Below, piece by piece: positions 47,790 to 57,567 of a stretch of DNA of 64,000 nucleotides. The stretch spans positions 64,923 through 128,922 of the forward strand of contig JAXLRL010000005.1 of NCBI GenBank assembly GCA_046331125.1. The letters run 5' to 3'. A program made the translations under genes and the position numbers. The first letter of the stretch is position 1, and every line of letters begins with the position of its first letter. Below the pieces are notes generated by a model. That model was not told the origin of the DNA and did not search any database. It worked only from the letters and a program-made list of their open reading frames with translations. The stretch is from Acidimicrobiia bacterium (GTDB lineage: Bacteria > Actinomycetota > Acidimicrobiia > IMCC26256 > DASPTH01).

Positions 47790-48905
47790 TCAGGGACGCA
47801 GCCCCCGGTAGAGGTAGCGGTCGACGAAGGCGCCGACGAGGAGACGTTGCGCGATCCATCGGGGAACCCGGGTGCGCTTGCCGTTCGGCTGCACGAGGAC
47901 CATGCCGTCGTCCTGCACGCCGAGCACCGAGCCCCACCGGTACTCAGGCGCCTGGAACCGCTTCGCCTTGCCGTGACCCAACTGGGCCCGCACGTTGGTG
48001 ACCACGACCTTCCAGCCCCAGTTCCGGGCGGAGCTGCGGTGGGGGTCGGTGGCGGCGACGTCGCCGATCGCGAACACCTCGGGGTGCCCCGGCACCTGCA
48101 GGTGGTCGTCGACCCGCACGAAGCCGTCGTCGTCGAGGACGGCGGCCGGGAGGAACGCGCTGTGCGGACGGCCACCGCCGACGGCCCAGAACACGACGTC
48201 GGCGGTGAACGGCGCCTGGCCGGTGGACCACTCCACCGGCTCGGTGGTCATGCGTTCGCCCGCGAAGCCGTCGGGCATCACCGCGCGGTGCTCCGGGTGG
48301 AGCGTGACGCCGTCGTCGGCGAGCTGGCGCACGATCCACTCGCGGGCGCGCGGGTGGTAGCCGGGCAGCGGCTGCTCGCCGCTGTGGAACAGGTGCACCT
48401 GCGCGGTGCCGGCGCGCGCGAGGTTGTCGGCCACGCTCACGCCGGTCGCACCGCCACCGATCACCGCGATGGTGCCGGCCGCGGCGAGTTGCGTGGACGC
48501 ATCGACGGTCAGTGCCTGCGCGTCGTCGGCACCCTCCACCCGGTCGTGGCGCCAGAAGCCGTTGCTGGTGCCAGTGGCGATCACGAGCACGTCGTAGGGC
48601 TCGACGGTGGTCGTGCCGTCGGCGCGCTCCACGGTGACGGTGCGCGCGTCGAGGTCGCTGGCGGTGATGCGGCCGTGGATCGTCTGCACCTGGTCGAGCC
48701 GACGGAAGCGCCGGTGCGGCACCACGTAGGTGCGGTGCCAGCGCGGCGGGTCGACGAGCCGGGTGCCGAGCTCCTGGCCGCTCACGAGCGCCGGGCGGGT
48801 GGAGATGCCGACGACGTCGGCGACCTTCGTGAGCCGCAGGGCGATGAGCATGCCGGTGTCGCCCAGGCCGGCGATCACGACGCGGGGCCGGTTCGCCGCT
48901 ACCAC
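47790..48905 (-). CDS. FAD-dependent pyridine-nucleotide-disulfide oxidoreductase family protein (NDH-2/AIF-like)
   Basis: Supporting blocks are RVVIAGLGDTGM, IAVIGGGATGVSVA and FAIGDVA. The 371-aa ORF is intact. Confidence 0.8.
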   Translation of the reverse strand: MVAANRPRVVIAGLGDTGMLIALRLTKVADVVGISTRPALVSGQELGTRLVDPPRWHRTYVVPHRRFRRLDQVQTIHGRITASDLDARTVTVERADGTTTVEPYDVLVIATGTSNGFWRHDRVEGADDAQALTVDASTQLAAAGTIAVIGGGATGVSVADNLARAGTAQVHLFHSGEQPLPGYHPRAREWIVRQLADDGVTLHPEHRAVMPDGFAGERMTTEPVEWSTGQAPFTADVVFWAVGGGRPHSAFLPAAVLDDDGFVRVDDHLQVPGHPEVFAIGDVAATDPHRSSARNWGWKVVVTNVRAQLGHGKAKRFQAPEYRWGSVLGVQDDGMVLVQPNGKRTRVPRWIAQRLLVGAFVDRYLYRGLRP

Positions 48906-49684
48906 CAGAGTGCCTCCGCGGTGCCGGCGAGCACGCGCTCGCGGTCGGTGTCGGTGAGGCCGTCACACGCGCTGGCGCCGAGGGCGACGAGCTCGCCATA
49001 GGTGTGGTCGTCGACCTGCGGGAAGTCGGAGCCCCAGGCGAGACGCGCGGCGCCGAAGCTGGCGACCAGCTCCTCGACGACGAGCCGGGGATCGATTGCC
49101 TCCTCCAGCACGTGCGCGGTGACCTTGAGGTGCAGGTTGTCGTGCGCGGCGAGCGGGCGCAGCACCGGCGCGGGCGCGAACCCGCAGTGGTCGAGCGCTA
49201 CCGGCACGTCGGGGAAGTCGCGCAGCAGCGCGCGCAACGGGTCGAGTCCGTCGGGCAGAGTCGCGGCCACGAGCGGGAAGCCGCGCTCGCGCGCTGCCGC
49301 GAAGATCGCGCGCGTGCCGGGGTGGTCGAGCGGATTGGGGGCAGGGTCACCGATGGCGAACACGCGCACCCCGCGGAACGACGGGCGCGCCACGCACTCG
49401 TCGAGCCGCGCGTCGAGCGCGGGATCGTCGCTCGCCAGCACCACCACGGAGGCGAACCGGTCGGACGCGGCGTCGGCGGCGTCGAGCACGTACGAGTTGT
49501 CGGTGCCGTACGCGCCGTACGCCTGTACCAGCACGGCGCGCTCGACGCCTTCGGGACCACTCACCTCGGCGAAGCCGTCGGCGTCGGCCGGATGCTCGTC
49601 GAACCAGCGCGAGCCCACGCCGGGCGGCGCCACCGGATAGCGGTCGCGATCGCCCGCGACCACGTGCACGTGCGCGTCGATCAT
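48899..49684 (-). CDS. amidohydrolase family protein
   Basis: This is the inner ATG (MIDAHVHVV..) of ORF 48899..50326. Supporting sequence is LAWGSDFPQV. It overlaps both the upstream SDR stop and the downstream start. Confidence 0.75.
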   Translation of the reverse strand: MIDAHVHVVAGDRDRYPVAPPGVGSRWFDEHPADADGFAEVSGPEGVERAVLVQAYGAYGTDNSYVLDAADAASDRFASVVVLASDDPALDARLDECVARPSFRGVRVFAIGDPAPNPLDHPGTRAIFAAARERGFPLVAATLPDGLDPLRALLRDFPDVPVALDHCGFAPAPVLRPLAAHDNLHLKVTAHVLEEAIDPRLVVEELVASFGAARLAWGSDFPQVDDHTYGELVALGASACDGLTDTDRERVLAGTAEALWW

Positions 49685-50571
49685 CAGGCCTCGAACGGCC
49701 CCTTCCCCATCTGCTCGCGCACGGTGACGACCGGCGGGTTGGTGAGCGACCGGCGCTGCCAGTTGGCGCCGTCGACCACCAGCGTGTGCCCGGAGATGAA
49801 GCGGGCGTACGGCGACGTGAGGAACGTCGCGGCCCAGCCCAGCTCCTGCACCTGGCCGACGCGCAGCGCGGGCTGCACGATGTCCTTCTCGTGCGTGCGC
49901 GACAAGTTGCCCTTGATGTCGGCCGTCATGTCGTCGTGCGGGAAGAGGCCGGGCACGAGGCCGTTCACCTGGATGCCGTACGGGCCCCACTCGACCGCGA
50001 GCGTCTCCACCATGTTCTTCACGCCCGCCTTCGCGGCGGCGGAGTGCGCGAAGCCGGGGCCACCCGTCCAGGCGTACGACGCGCCCACGTTCACGATGGA
50101 GCCGGGCGTGCCCGCCGCGAGGTGACGGCGACCGAACTCGCGGGCGCAGAAGAAGGTGCCATTGAGCGTGATGTCGACGACGGTGCGCCACGCGTTGGGC
50201 GACATGTCCTCGGCCGGTACCGGGAAGTTCGCGGCCGCGTTGTTGACCAGGATCTCGGGCAGGCTGAACTGCGCCTCGGCGGCGTCGAACGCGGCGGCGA
50301 TGCTCTCGGGGTCTCGGATGTCGCACGCGACGGTGAGCACGTCGCCCCCGATCGCCGCGATCGCCTCCTGGCCGGCCTCGAGGTGCTCGGGCTTGCGCGA
50401 CGCGATCACGATCTTCGCCCCGAGCCGCGCGTACTCCGACGCGATCGCCTTCCCGAGGCCGGTGCCTGCGCCGGTGACGAACACCACCGTGCCGTCGTAG
50501 GTGCCGGCGGGCAGCGCGGAGGCGCCGACGGCGGGCGGGGCGGGCAGGCCGGGGAACTGGTCGGTCGGCAT
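49684..50571 (-). CDS. SDR-family oxidoreductase (2,4-dienoyl-CoA reductase-like)
   Basis: This is the inner ATG (MPTDQFPGL..) of ORF 49684..50736. Supporting blocks are VVFVTGAGTGLGKAIA, NNAAANF and SAAAKAG. Confidence 0.8.
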   Translation of the reverse strand: MPTDQFPGLPAPPAVGASALPAGTYDGTVVFVTGAGTGLGKAIASEYARLGAKIVIASRKPEHLEAGQEAIAAIGGDVLTVACDIRDPESIAAAFDAAEAQFSLPEILVNNAAANFPVPAEDMSPNAWRTVVDITLNGTFFCAREFGRRHLAAGTPGSIVNVGASYAWTGGPGFAHSAAAKAGVKNMVETLAVEWGPYGIQVNGLVPGLFPHDDMTADIKGNLSRTHEKDIVQPALRVGQVQELGWAATFLTSPYARFISGHTLVVDGANWQRRSLTNPPVVTVREQMGKGPFEA

Positions 50572-50614
50572 CGGGTGAGCTCCTGTCGGGAGTGGGAAGT
50601 GCGGCGGGAAGGGG

Positions 50615-51406
50615 TCAGCTGCCGGTGTAGCGGGGCTCGCGCTCCTCGGCGCGGGCGGCCCGGAACTCGGCCATGTCGTCGGACCGGGAGATGAACGTCT
50701 GCGCGATGAGCTCCTCGGCCATGGACGAACGCACATCGGGCTCGGAGAGGTGCTTGATCACGCGGCGCGCCATCTTCACCGTGACCGCCGGTGAGCCCGC
50801 GATCTTGCGGGCCATCTCGAAGACGGTCTCGTCGAGCTGTTCGACCGGCACCACCCGCGACACCACACCGTGCGCGTAGGCCTCGTCGGCACCCATGGGA
50901 CGGCCGGTGAGCACCATGTCGGTGACCACACCGTGGCCGCAGATCTCGTAGAGGCGGCCGATGCCACCGGTGTCGGGGATCACGCCGTGGGTGACCTCGG
51001 GCAGCATGAAGCGGGCGCCCTCGGCGGCGACGCGGATGTCGCACAGCAGCGCCCGCTGGAACGACGCGCCGATCGACCAGCCCTGCATCGCCACGAGAAT
51101 CGGGGCCTCGATGTCGAAGATCTGGAGGATGCCCTTGTGACCGCGGCTCATGAGCTCGTGGTGGGTGAGCTCCACCTGGTGACCGCCGATGGCGGCGACG
51201 TCGCGGCCCGACGAGAACGACTTACCCTCGCCGCGCCACACCACGGCGCGGACGTCGGTGTTCTCCTTCAGCTCGCCGAGGATCTCGAACAGGCGCAGGT
51301 CCATCGCGTCGTCGAACGCGTTGTGCTTCTCGACGTTCGCGTTGGTGATGACGGCGATGTTGCCGTCGTATTCGAGCCGCACCTTGTCCGTCGTGCTGTC
51401 GGTCAT
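50615..51406 (-). CDS. enoyl-CoA hydratase/isomerase family protein
   Basis: Intact 263-aa ORF with AVITNANVEKHNAFD..VVWRGEGKSFSSGRDV..APILVAMQGWSIGASF. Confidence 0.85.
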   Translation of the reverse strand: MTDSTTDKVRLEYDGNIAVITNANVEKHNAFDDAMDLRLFEILGELKENTDVRAVVWRGEGKSFSSGRDVAAIGGHQVELTHHELMSRGHKGILQIFDIEAPILVAMQGWSIGASFQRALLCDIRVAAEGARFMLPEVTHGVIPDTGGIGRLYEICGHGVVTDMVLTGRPMGADEAYAHGVVSRVVPVEQLDETVFEMARKIAGSPAVTVKMARRVIKHLSEPDVRSSMAEELIAQTFISRSDDMAEFRAARAEEREPRYTGS

Positions 51407-51478
51407 CCGTCCCCCTCGGGCGTGTGGGCGAGCGCCGTGACAGTATCAGCGACCGATCGACCACCATCTGGGGGAACC

Positions 51479-52255
51479 GTGGACGGCGCTGCACGACGGG
51501 CACTCGGCGAGGCGACCTGGCGGGAGGTCATGCAGACCGAGCCGCCGACGCGCCCGAGCCCCCTGTGGCGCAACGGTCGCCTCGACCAGGAGTTCGCCGA
51601 GCTGTGGAACCGCGGCGGGCTCACTCGGGTGGAACGACGCTGGATCGCGATCGCCGCCCACACCGCGATCGGCGTGCCCAGCACCGTGCGCCCCTACGTG
51701 TACGGCGCGCTGCGCAGCGGCGACCTCACCGTCGACCAGTTGCTCGAGGCCACCCACCACGCCGCGTACTACTGCGGGTTCCCGCGGGCGCAGCAGCTCG
51801 ACGGCGCGGTGTGGGAGGTCGCCGAGGAACTGGGGCTCTCCCCCAGCGACGCGCTCGACACCGAGCCGCGCTCCTGGGAGTCGCCCGCGGCCCGGGAGGA
51901 CGTCGCCGCCGAGCAGTTCACCGCCGTGGTGGGCGTGCCCGCACCGCGGGGTGTCGCCGACCTGTCGGTCGCCGGCACCTTCGACGCCGTGTTCTCCGAG
52001 GTGTGGCCGCGTGGCGTGCTCACCAAGAAGGAGCGGCGGATCGTCACCGTGTCGTGCGTGGTCGCCAGCGCGTCGATGACCGCGGCCGAGGCCCACACCC
52101 AGGGCGCGCTGCGCACCGGCGATCTCACCTACGACGAGCTCTCCGAGCTGATCCACCACTGCGCGTTCGTCACCGGCTGGCCCCGCGCCGCCCAGATGGG
52201 CACCACCGCCATGCGCGCCGCCGCCATCGTCGCCGAGGAGAACGCGGCTCCCTAG
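51479..52255 (+). CDS. carboxymuconolactone decarboxylase (AhpD-like) family protein, two CMD domains
   Basis: This is the tail of ORF 50870..52255. The two domains read WNRGGLTRVERRWIAIAAHTAIG..HHAAYYCGFP and VWPRGVLTKKERRIVTVSCVVAS..HHCAFVTGWP. The start is at 51479 or 51530. Confidence 0.7.
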   Translation: MDGAARRALGEATWREVMQTEPPTRPSPLWRNGRLDQEFAELWNRGGLTRVERRWIAIAAHTAIGVPSTVRPYVYGALRSGDLTVDQLLEATHHAAYYCGFPRAQQLDGAVWEVAEELGLSPSDALDTEPRSWESPAAREDVAAEQFTAVVGVPAPRGVADLSVAGTFDAVFSEVWPRGVLTKKERRIVTVSCVVASASMTAAEAHTQGALRTGDLTYDELSELIHHCAFVTGWPRAAQMGTTAMRAAAIVAEENAAP

Positions 52256-53187
52256 AGGGAGGCGAGGAGATCGAGGGTGCGGCGCCGGTTGCGCTCGCGC
52301 TCCTCCGTGTCGGCGCCGAGGCCGAGGACGGCGGCCATGAGGTCGGTGGGGCCGGTCGCCGCGTAGGCCTGCAGGCGCGTCGCCACCTCCTCCTCGGTGC
52401 CGATCGCGGCGACGTCGGCGGGCGACGTGCCCTCGCCCCCGCGCGCGAGCACGCGCTGGTACGTGGGGATCGCGGTGTAGGCCTCGAAGATGCGCGCCGC
52501 CTGCTCGCGACCGACGTCGCCGTCGTCGCACACGCCGATCGGCAGGCCGCACACGATGCGCGGCGTCTCCCGCCCGACGTTGGCGGCGGCCTCCGAGATG
52601 CGGGGGACGATGTGCTCCTCCAGCGCGCGCTCGTTGGCCCAGTAGGTGATGGTGCCGTCGGAGATCTCGCCCGCCATCTTCAACATGAGCGGCGCCAGCG
52701 CGGCCACCATGATCGGTGCGGGCGTCGCGCCCGGCACGATGAACGGCGACGTGAAGTCGAAGAACTCGCCGTGGTACTCGAGCATGCCCGTGCACTCGAA
52801 CGCCTTGCGCAGCACCTCGACGTACTCGCGCGTGTGCGCGGCCGGCTTCGTGTAGCTCATCCCGTAGAGGTTCTCGATCACGCTCTGGTGCGACGGCCCG
52901 ATGCCGAGCACCACCCGGCCGTTGGCCGCGGCCTGGGCGGAGAGTGCCTGCTGCGCCATCGCCATGGGGTGACGGGTGTAGGTGGGCATCACCGCGGTGC
53001 CCAGCTCGATGCGCTCGGTGACCTGGCCCGCGAGGGCGAGGGCGGTGAGGCCGTCGAGGCTCCACGGGATGTGGGGCACCCAACCCGAGTGGAAGCCCAG
53101 GGCCTCCGCTTCACGTGCCGCTTCGAGCAGGCCGTCGACCGTGGTCTGGGCGCCGCTCACCTCACTGATGAACAAGCCGATGCGCAT
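52252..53187 (-). CDS. LLM-class F420-dependent oxidoreductase
   Basis: Intact 311-aa ORF with MRIGLFISE..LGFHSGWVPH..LGIGPSHQ.. Confidence 0.8.
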   Translation of the reverse strand: MRIGLFISEVSGAQTTVDGLLEAAREAEALGFHSGWVPHIPWSLDGLTALALAGQVTERIELGTAVMPTYTRHPMAMAQQALSAQAAANGRVVLGIGPSHQSVIENLYGMSYTKPAAHTREYVEVLRKAFECTGMLEYHGEFFDFTSPFIVPGATPAPIMVAALAPLMLKMAGEISDGTITYWANERALEEHIVPRISEAAANVGRETPRIVCGLPIGVCDDGDVGREQAARIFEAYTAIPTYQRVLARGGEGTSPADVAAIGTEEEVATRLQAYAATGPTDLMAAVLGLGADTEERERNRRRTLDLLASL

Positions 53188-53206
53188 CGGCGCAGCTTGT
53201 CACACG

Positions 53207-54448
53207 TCAGAGCGAACCGCGCTCCGGGAGCTGCGAGCCGCGCACGTGCACCGCGTACCCCGCGTCGCGCAGCGCGGCGACGATGTCGTCGACGTGACCA
53301 CGCCCGCGCGTCTCCACCGCGAGGTCGAGCACCGCCGACTTGATCGCGACGTCGTCGAAGAGGCGGTGGTGCGACACCTCCACGATGTTCGCCCCGCTCG
53401 CGCCGATCACGGTGGCCACCGCTGCCAGCGTGCCGGGCGCGTCGGGCAGCACGAGTTCGAGGGTGACGAGCAGACCCTCCCGCACGAGGCCGCGGAGCAC
53501 CACCTGCGACAGGATGCGCGGGTCGACGTTGCCGCCGCTCAACACGAGGCCCACCGTGCGACCCGCGAACCGCTCGGGGTGCTCGAGCAGCACTGCGAGG
53601 GGCGCGGCGCCGGCCCCCTCGGTGACGGTCTTCTCCTCGAACAACAGGAGGTTGCACGCCTCCTCGATCGCCGACTCGCTCACGGTGACGACGTCATCGG
53701 CGAGCTCGCGGATGATCGCGGTGCTGTTGACGCCCGCGTGGGTGACTGCGATGCCCTCGGCGATGGTGGAACCGCCGCACGGCAGCGCCTCGCCCGAGAG
53801 CGCGGCGACCATCGACGGGTAGCGCTCCGTCTGCACGCCGACCAGCTCGACGCCGGCATGGTCGGCCCGCAGCGCCACCGCCATCCCTGCGAGCAACCCG
53901 CCGCCACCGACCGGCACGATGACTGCATCGAGGTCGGGGAAGTCTCGCACCAGCTCGAGCGCGACCGTGCCCTGCCCGGCGATCACCACCGGGTCGTCGA
54001 ACGGGTGCACGAACACGCGGTCCTCGGCGTCGGCGATCTCGTGGGCGCGCACCTGCGCCGCCTCCACCCCGCCGTCGACGAGCACGACGGTCGCGCCGAG
54101 CTCGCGCGTGCGCTCCACCTTCACCGTGGGTGTGGCCGCGGGCATCACGATCGTGACCGGCACCCCGAGCCGGGAGCCGTGGTGGGCCAGCGCCTGGCCG
54201 TGGTTGCCGGCGGAGTTCGCGACCACGCCGCGGGCGCGCTCGTCGTCGCTCAACCGCAGGAGCTTGTTGAGCGCGCCGCGCTCCTTGAAGGAGCCGGTCG
54301 CGTGCAGGTTCTCGAGCTTCACCACCACACGCGCACCGGTGGTCTGCGACAACCGCTCCGACACCGAGCTCGGCGTCACCCACAGCTCGCCCGCGAGCGC
54401 CGCCGCCGCGGCATCGACGTCGGCGCGCGTGACGGGCAGCGACGTCAT
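53207..54448 (-). CDS. ilvA: threonine ammonia-lyase (threonine dehydratase) with a C-terminal ACT-like domain
   Basis: Supporting blocks are LHATGSFKERGALNKL (PLP-lysine motif), AGNHGQALA and PVGGGGLLAG. The 413-aa ORF is intact. Confidence 0.9.
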   Translation of the reverse strand: MTSLPVTRADVDAAAAALAGELWVTPSSVSERLSQTTGARVVVKLENLHATGSFKERGALNKLLRLSDDERARGVVANSAGNHGQALAHHGSRLGVPVTIVMPAATPTVKVERTRELGATVVLVDGGVEAAQVRAHEIADAEDRVFVHPFDDPVVIAGQGTVALELVRDFPDLDAVIVPVGGGGLLAGMAVALRADHAGVELVGVQTERYPSMVAALSGEALPCGGSTIAEGIAVTHAGVNSTAIIRELADDVVTVSESAIEEACNLLLFEEKTVTEGAGAAPLAVLLEHPERFAGRTVGLVLSGGNVDPRILSQVVLRGLVREGLLVTLELVLPDAPGTLAAVATVIGASGANIVEVSHHRLFDDVAIKSAVLDLAVETRGRGHVDDIVAALRDAGYAVHVRGSQLPERGSL

Positions 54449-55533
54449 GTGCCCGCGGGCGCTCCGACGGTGACGACGTAGTCCTCCGCCGCGTCGTCGA
54501 ACTCCATCTCGATGACCCCACGTGCCCGCGCCGCCTTGCAGAACTGCAGGAAGCCGCCGTACCCGAACTTCTTCTCCGAGAAGTCCGCCTGGGTGCGCCG
54601 CAGCTGCGTCTTCAGCCCCGACAGGTGCACCGCACCCTTCTTGCCGAGGCGCTCGACGGTGTCGCGCAACAGTGCGAACGCGGCGTCCTCGTCGGAGCCC
54701 TGCGCGGCGAGCGTGACCTCGGGGTCGCCCTGGGCCGCACCCTGGTGCACCGTGAGCACGCCGCGGTCGGCGAGGTGGCGCACCACCTCGCCCCAGTTCC
54801 GGAAGCCGTGGTCGGACTCCGCGAAGGTGGGGTCCTTGCGGAGGATCGCCCGCTTCAACGACGACGCCAGGACCGGCCCGCTCGCGTTGCGCTCGAGACC
54901 ACCCAGCGTCTGCGCCACGAGCACCGCGAGGTCGACCTCCTCGCGGGCGGAGGCATCGGCCTCCACTTCCTGGGTGTCGGGCTTCGCCTTCGCGCTCCGC
55001 GTTCGCTTCTTCGGCTTCTCGGGGACGTCGACACCCTCGAGCCGCTCGTAGAACAGGAACTCGTCGCAGGCCGCCGGCAGCAGCGCCGAGGTGGACGCCT
55101 CGACCCCGATGCCGATCACCCGCTTGTTCAGCTCGCGGAGCTTGTGCACGAGCGGCGTGAAGTCGCTGTCGCCGGTGCCGAGCACGAAGGTGGTGATGTA
55201 GTCGCGCTCGAACGACAGCTCGATCGCGTCGACCGCCATCTTGATGTCGGCCGCGTTCTTGCGCACCGCGCCCATCCGCTGGGGGATCTCGATGAGCTCC
55301 ACCTGGTGGCGGGTGAGCATGCGCCGGTCGTCGGCGAAGTACGACCAGTCGGCGTAGGCCTTGCGCACCACCACCCGGCCCCGCTCCGCCAGCGCGTCGG
55401 CGATGGGCCGGAAGTCGAAGACCCCCGCTCCGAGCGACTCACGGGCCCCGATCGCCAGGTTCTCGTAGTCGAGGAACAGGGCGATGCGTTCTTCTTCGGT
55501 GGTCACCGCCAGAGCGTACCGGCAGCCGGGCAC
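54445..55533 (-). CDS. NYN-domain (LabA-like) protein with two C-terminal OST-HTH/LOTUS-like domains
   Basis: Supporting blocks are IALFLDYENL..KAYADW..AADIKMAVDAIEL..FVLGTGDSDFTPLVHKLRELNKRVIGIG, then two repeats of the type LKRAILRKDPTFAESDHGFRNWGEVV and LKTQLRRTQADFSEKKFGYGGFLQF. It has an ATGA overlap with ilvA. Confidence 0.75.
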   Translation of the reverse strand: MPGCRYALAVTTEEERIALFLDYENLAIGARESLGAGVFDFRPIADALAERGRVVVRKAYADWSYFADDRRMLTRHQVELIEIPQRMGAVRKNAADIKMAVDAIELSFERDYITTFVLGTGDSDFTPLVHKLRELNKRVIGIGVEASTSALLPAACDEFLFYERLEGVDVPEKPKKRTRSAKAKPDTQEVEADASAREEVDLAVLVAQTLGGLERNASGPVLASSLKRAILRKDPTFAESDHGFRNWGEVVRHLADRGVLTVHQGAAQGDPEVTLAAQGSDEDAAFALLRDTVERLGKKGAVHLSGLKTQLRRTQADFSEKKFGYGGFLQFCKAARARGVIEMEFDDAAEDYVVTVGAPAGT

Positions 55534-55574
55534 CCATCGGCCCGGTTCCGGCCGGGCGTGCTAAGGAGTACGGC

Positions 55575-56315
55575 GTGAACGAGAACGTCTACATCCACGA
55601 GATCATCGACATCATCGGGCACAACCGCGCCAACTACATGCACCACATGACGGCGAACTTCAGCCCCATGGCACAGGAGGACCGCAAGCAGCTGTGCTTC
55701 GGCGTATGGGGCATCCTCGGCACCACGCGCGGGTGGCCCGAGGTGCTGAACCTGTGGGAGGAGCCCGGCTTCGACCACATCGCCACGTCGTTCCGCTTCG
55801 AGTGCAGCGGCGCGGGGATGCAGGACCCCAAGCTCCAGAAGTGGTGGGCCGAGGCGTCCAACTACCGCCGCCACGGCGACGACCGCGTGCTCGTGCCCGC
55901 ACCGTGGTCACCCACCATCACCGAGCTCATCGACGCCGGCGTGAAGGGCGAGACCTACGCGCACGAGCAGATCCACGTGCCCATGGGCACCGCGCGCGAC
56001 TTCCTCGAGATCGTGCGTGACGAAGCCGTCCCCGTGTACGAGGAGTTCGGCTGGACGCTCTGCGGCGCGTGGGAGACCGCGATGGTCAACGAGTCCGAGT
56101 GCTTCCTGCACTGGGCGATCCCCACGTGGGAGAGCTGGGCCGAGACGGAGAAGGCCGAACGCATGGAGAGCGCGCTGCGCAAGTGGCGCAAGCGCACCTA
56201 CGAGCTCAGCGAGAAGTGGCACCGCTTCCTCGTGGTCGACTCGCCGCTGTCGCCGATGAAGATCGGTCGTCAGCCCGCCCGGTCCGACCGCCACGAGGGC
56301 TGGACCGACCTGTAA
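55575..56315 (+). CDS. NIPSNAP-like / dimeric alpha-beta-barrel hypothetical protein
   Basis: Intact 246-aa ORF (MNENVYIHEIIDIIGHNRANYMHHM..). The family assignment is tentative. Confidence 0.45.
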   Translation: MNENVYIHEIIDIIGHNRANYMHHMTANFSPMAQEDRKQLCFGVWGILGTTRGWPEVLNLWEEPGFDHIATSFRFECSGAGMQDPKLQKWWAEASNYRRHGDDRVLVPAPWSPTITELIDAGVKGETYAHEQIHVPMGTARDFLEIVRDEAVPVYEEFGWTLCGAWETAMVNESECFLHWAIPTWESWAETEKAERMESALRKWRKRTYELSEKWHRFLVVDSPLSPMKIGRQPARSDRHEGWTDL

Positions 56316-56317
56316 CG

Positions 56318-56827
56318 ATGACCGACGGCCCCCGCTGGGATCTCGTCGCGCTCGCCGTCCGCTACCGGCGCGAGCAGCTCGGGTACTCCGTCGACGACCT
56401 CGCCGCGCACGTCGGCGTGCCCGCCGCGTCGTGGCGCACCCTCGAGGCCGGCACCCGCCCCAGCGGCTTCCACAAGGAGCACGCCGTCGCCGCGAGCACC
56501 GCGCTCGGCTGGACCCCCGACTCGCTCACCCGCATCGTGCGCGGCCAGCGCCCGCTCGACGCCGCCGGGGCACTTCCAACCTTGGCTCGATCCGCTCGCC
56601 CAGAGGCCGGACGGGCTGCGCCTCCTCTTCCGGCGCCCTCTGGGCGCTCCGAGGCCGGACGGGCTGCGCCGTCCCCGGCGCAGCGCTCCCACAGTGCTCC
56701 TTGGTATCTCGCGCCGGTGTGCTCGCGCGGGGCGGACGGGGTGCGGCAGGTCGACCCGGCGAGGCTGGGCGTGCTCGGCGGGCTCCTCATCCTCGTGCTG
56801 GTCGTCGCGGTGTTCTTCGTCAACTGA
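56318..56827 (+). CDS. XRE-like HTH protein with a repeat-containing linker and C-terminal TM anchor
   Basis: This is the inner ATG of ORF 56069..56827. The HTH reads LAVRYRREQLGYSVDDLAAHVGVPAASWRTLEAG, and the C-terminal helix reads LGVLGGLLILVLVVAVFFV. Confidence 0.5.
   Translation: MTDGPRWDLVALAVRYRREQLGYSVDDLAAHVGVPAASWRTLEAGTRPSGFHKEHAVAASTALGWTPDSLTRIVRGQRPLDAAGALPTLARSARPEAGRAAPPLPAPSGRSEAGRAAPSPAQRSHSAPWYLAPVCSRGADGVRQVDPARLGVLGGLLILVLVVAVFFVN
56603..56670 (+). repeat. perfect 20-nt direct repeat (gaggccggacgggctgcgcc) with a 48-nt period inside the HTH/TM protein gene
   Basis: The copies lie at 56603-56622 and 56651-56670. They encode EAGRAAP twice. Confidence 0.85.
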
Positions 56828-56839
56828 ATCGAGCAGCCC

Positions 56840-57565
56840 ATGAGCGACGCTTCCTCTCCCACCGTCCTCGTCGACGACCACGAGCACGTCCGGCTCGTCA
56901 CCTTCAACCGACCCGAGGCGAAGAACGCGTTCGACCGCTCGATGTGGGAGGGCGCACACCGGGCGCTGCACGACGCGAGCCACGACGACGCCATCGGTGC
57001 CGTGGTCCTCACCGGTGCCGGCGACGCCTACACGGCGGGGGCCGACGTGAAGGCCATGGGCGATCCCGACGAACGACTCAAGAGCAAGGTCGCGTTCGAC
57101 GCGTTCCTCGCCACGCTCGAGTCGTTCCCCAAGCCGTTGATCGCCGCGGTGAACGGCGTCGCGGTGGGCATCGGCCTCACGATGCTCGCCCACTGCGACC
57201 TCGTCTTCGTGTCACGCACCGCCCGGCTGCGCGCGCCCTTCGCCTCCATGGGGCTGTCGCCCGAGGCGGGCAGCAGCGTCGCGCTCCCCCTGCGCATCGG
57301 GTGGCAGGCCACCGCGCATCTCTTCCTCTCCGCCGCGTGGCTCGACGCGCAGGAGGCGCTCGACCTCGGTCTCGCGTGGAAGGTGTGCGAGCCCGACACC
57401 CTGCTCGACGAGACGCTCGTCGAGGCGCGCCACATCGCGGCGATGCCCGTCGCATCGCTCGTCGCCACCAAGCAGCTCATGCTCGCCGGTCGTCTCGACG
57501 CCGTGCGCGCCGCCCGCGCCCGCGAGGGCGAAGTCTTCCGCCGCCTCCTCGAAGCCCGCGACTGA
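56840..57565 (+). CDS. enoyl-CoA hydratase/isomerase family protein
   Basis: Intact 241-aa ORF with LVTFNRPEAKNAF..VVLTGAGDAYTAGADV..PLIAAVNGVAVGIG. Confidence 0.85.
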   Translation: MSDASSPTVLVDDHEHVRLVTFNRPEAKNAFDRSMWEGAHRALHDASHDDAIGAVVLTGAGDAYTAGADVKAMGDPDERLKSKVAFDAFLATLESFPKPLIAAVNGVAVGIGLTMLAHCDLVFVSRTARLRAPFASMGLSPEAGSSVALPLRIGWQATAHLFLSAAWLDAQEALDLGLAWKVCEPDTLLDETLVEARHIAAMPVASLVATKQLMLAGRLDAVRAARAREGEVFRRLLEARD

Positions 57566-57567
57566 AT

